Assembly (NCBI RefSeq): GCF_040938485.1
Contig: NW_027270906.1
Coordinates: 5,022,001-5,086,000 of the forward strand
Origin: Diadema antillarum
Taxonomy: Eukaryota
DNA: 64,000 nt
Direction: 5' to 3'
Part shown: one piece after another, positions 63,332-64,000 of the stretch
Numbering within the stretch: the stretch's first letter is position 1
Layout of the letters: each line of letters opens with the position of its first letter
Notes under the pieces: generated by a model
Seen by the model: only the letters and a program-made list of their open reading frames with translations
Database searches by the model: none
Told to the model about the DNA's origin: nothing
Program-made: the position numbers and the translations under genes

Positions 63332-63957
63332 GGCCCGGTCACACTGCCCAAAAGTCACGTAAACGCATGAATCACGCAAGAAATTTGGTTGTGCGTGCTT
63401 GTCTGTCAAGAATTTTCGCTGATTTACACGATGAAAATCACTGATGAATTGCGCAAGAACTACGGAAAGATCACGCAAAAATCACTAACAAACCACGCAC
63501 TTTCAGCGCATAGGCACACAAAGGCCCCAAATAGGGCGAAATCGTGGTTGTGCGTGACGACTGAGGTCCACGGAAAACCACGCATAATTTGCACATTATT
63601 ACTAATGAACTGCGTATGAATCGCGCATGAACGCGATAGCGGTTGCAACATTTTCGCGAACGATCACTAATATTCCACGCATATTTCGCGCATTGTTTGC
63701 GTAAGAACTACGCAAACTACGCAAAAATTACGTAAAACAGCGCAATACTGCGTAAACTTTTACGCGAAGCCAAGTTTTAAGCTGCTCAAAATCTGAAATC
63801 GCGTAAAGTGCCGATCCGGCGCACATCGGCGGACAACTACGAAGGTTCCACTTCAGACAAACTCATGAAATGCGCAAATCGGGCATGTATCGCCTAAGGT
63901 TCGAATTTCTTACATGATTCATGCATTTACGCGACTTTTGGGCAGCGTGACCGGACC
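63332..63957. mobile_element. CpG-rich PIF/Harbinger-like MITE
   Basis: GGCCCGGTCACACTGCCCAAAAGTCACGTAAACGCATGAATCACGCAAGAAATT versus AATTTCTTACATGATTCATGCATTTACGCGACTTTTGGGCAGCGTGACCGGACC; ~54-bp TIR. Confidence 0.75.
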
Positions 63958-64000
63958 TTTACATCATTTCCAGTAAATCGAGTTCGAAGTTTCCCAAACC

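Overview
AT-rich, intron-rich animal genomic DNA, probably a marine deuterostome such as a sea urchin. That host call is an inference from gene content and repeat types, not proven. Three protein-coding genes were reconstructed by hand from splice sites and reading phase. (1) The last three exons of a flavin-containing monooxygenase (FMO family, + strand, 4194-7321; the 5' exons were not found in the window). (2) A complete three-coding-exon GT29 alpha-2,8-sialyltransferase-like gene (ST8Sia family, + strand, 13006-16934, 609 aa) with an unexpected ~286-aa extension after the normally C-terminal cysteine. (3) PDPK1/PDK1 (- strand, 12 coding exons, 52510 down to 28323, 470 codons), containing a U12-type minor intron; I could not find its canonical last PH-domain exon. 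The rest is introns and intergenic DNA dense in non-autonomous DNA transposons (piggyBac-like, Kolobok-like, Tc1/pogo-like, Harbinger-like, Helentron/HINE-like with internal satellite), one L1/Tx1 LINE fragment, micro- and minisatellites, and one 457-nt assembly gap. No rRNA, intact tRNA or CRISPR array is visible. Most short ORFs in the supplied track are spurious.
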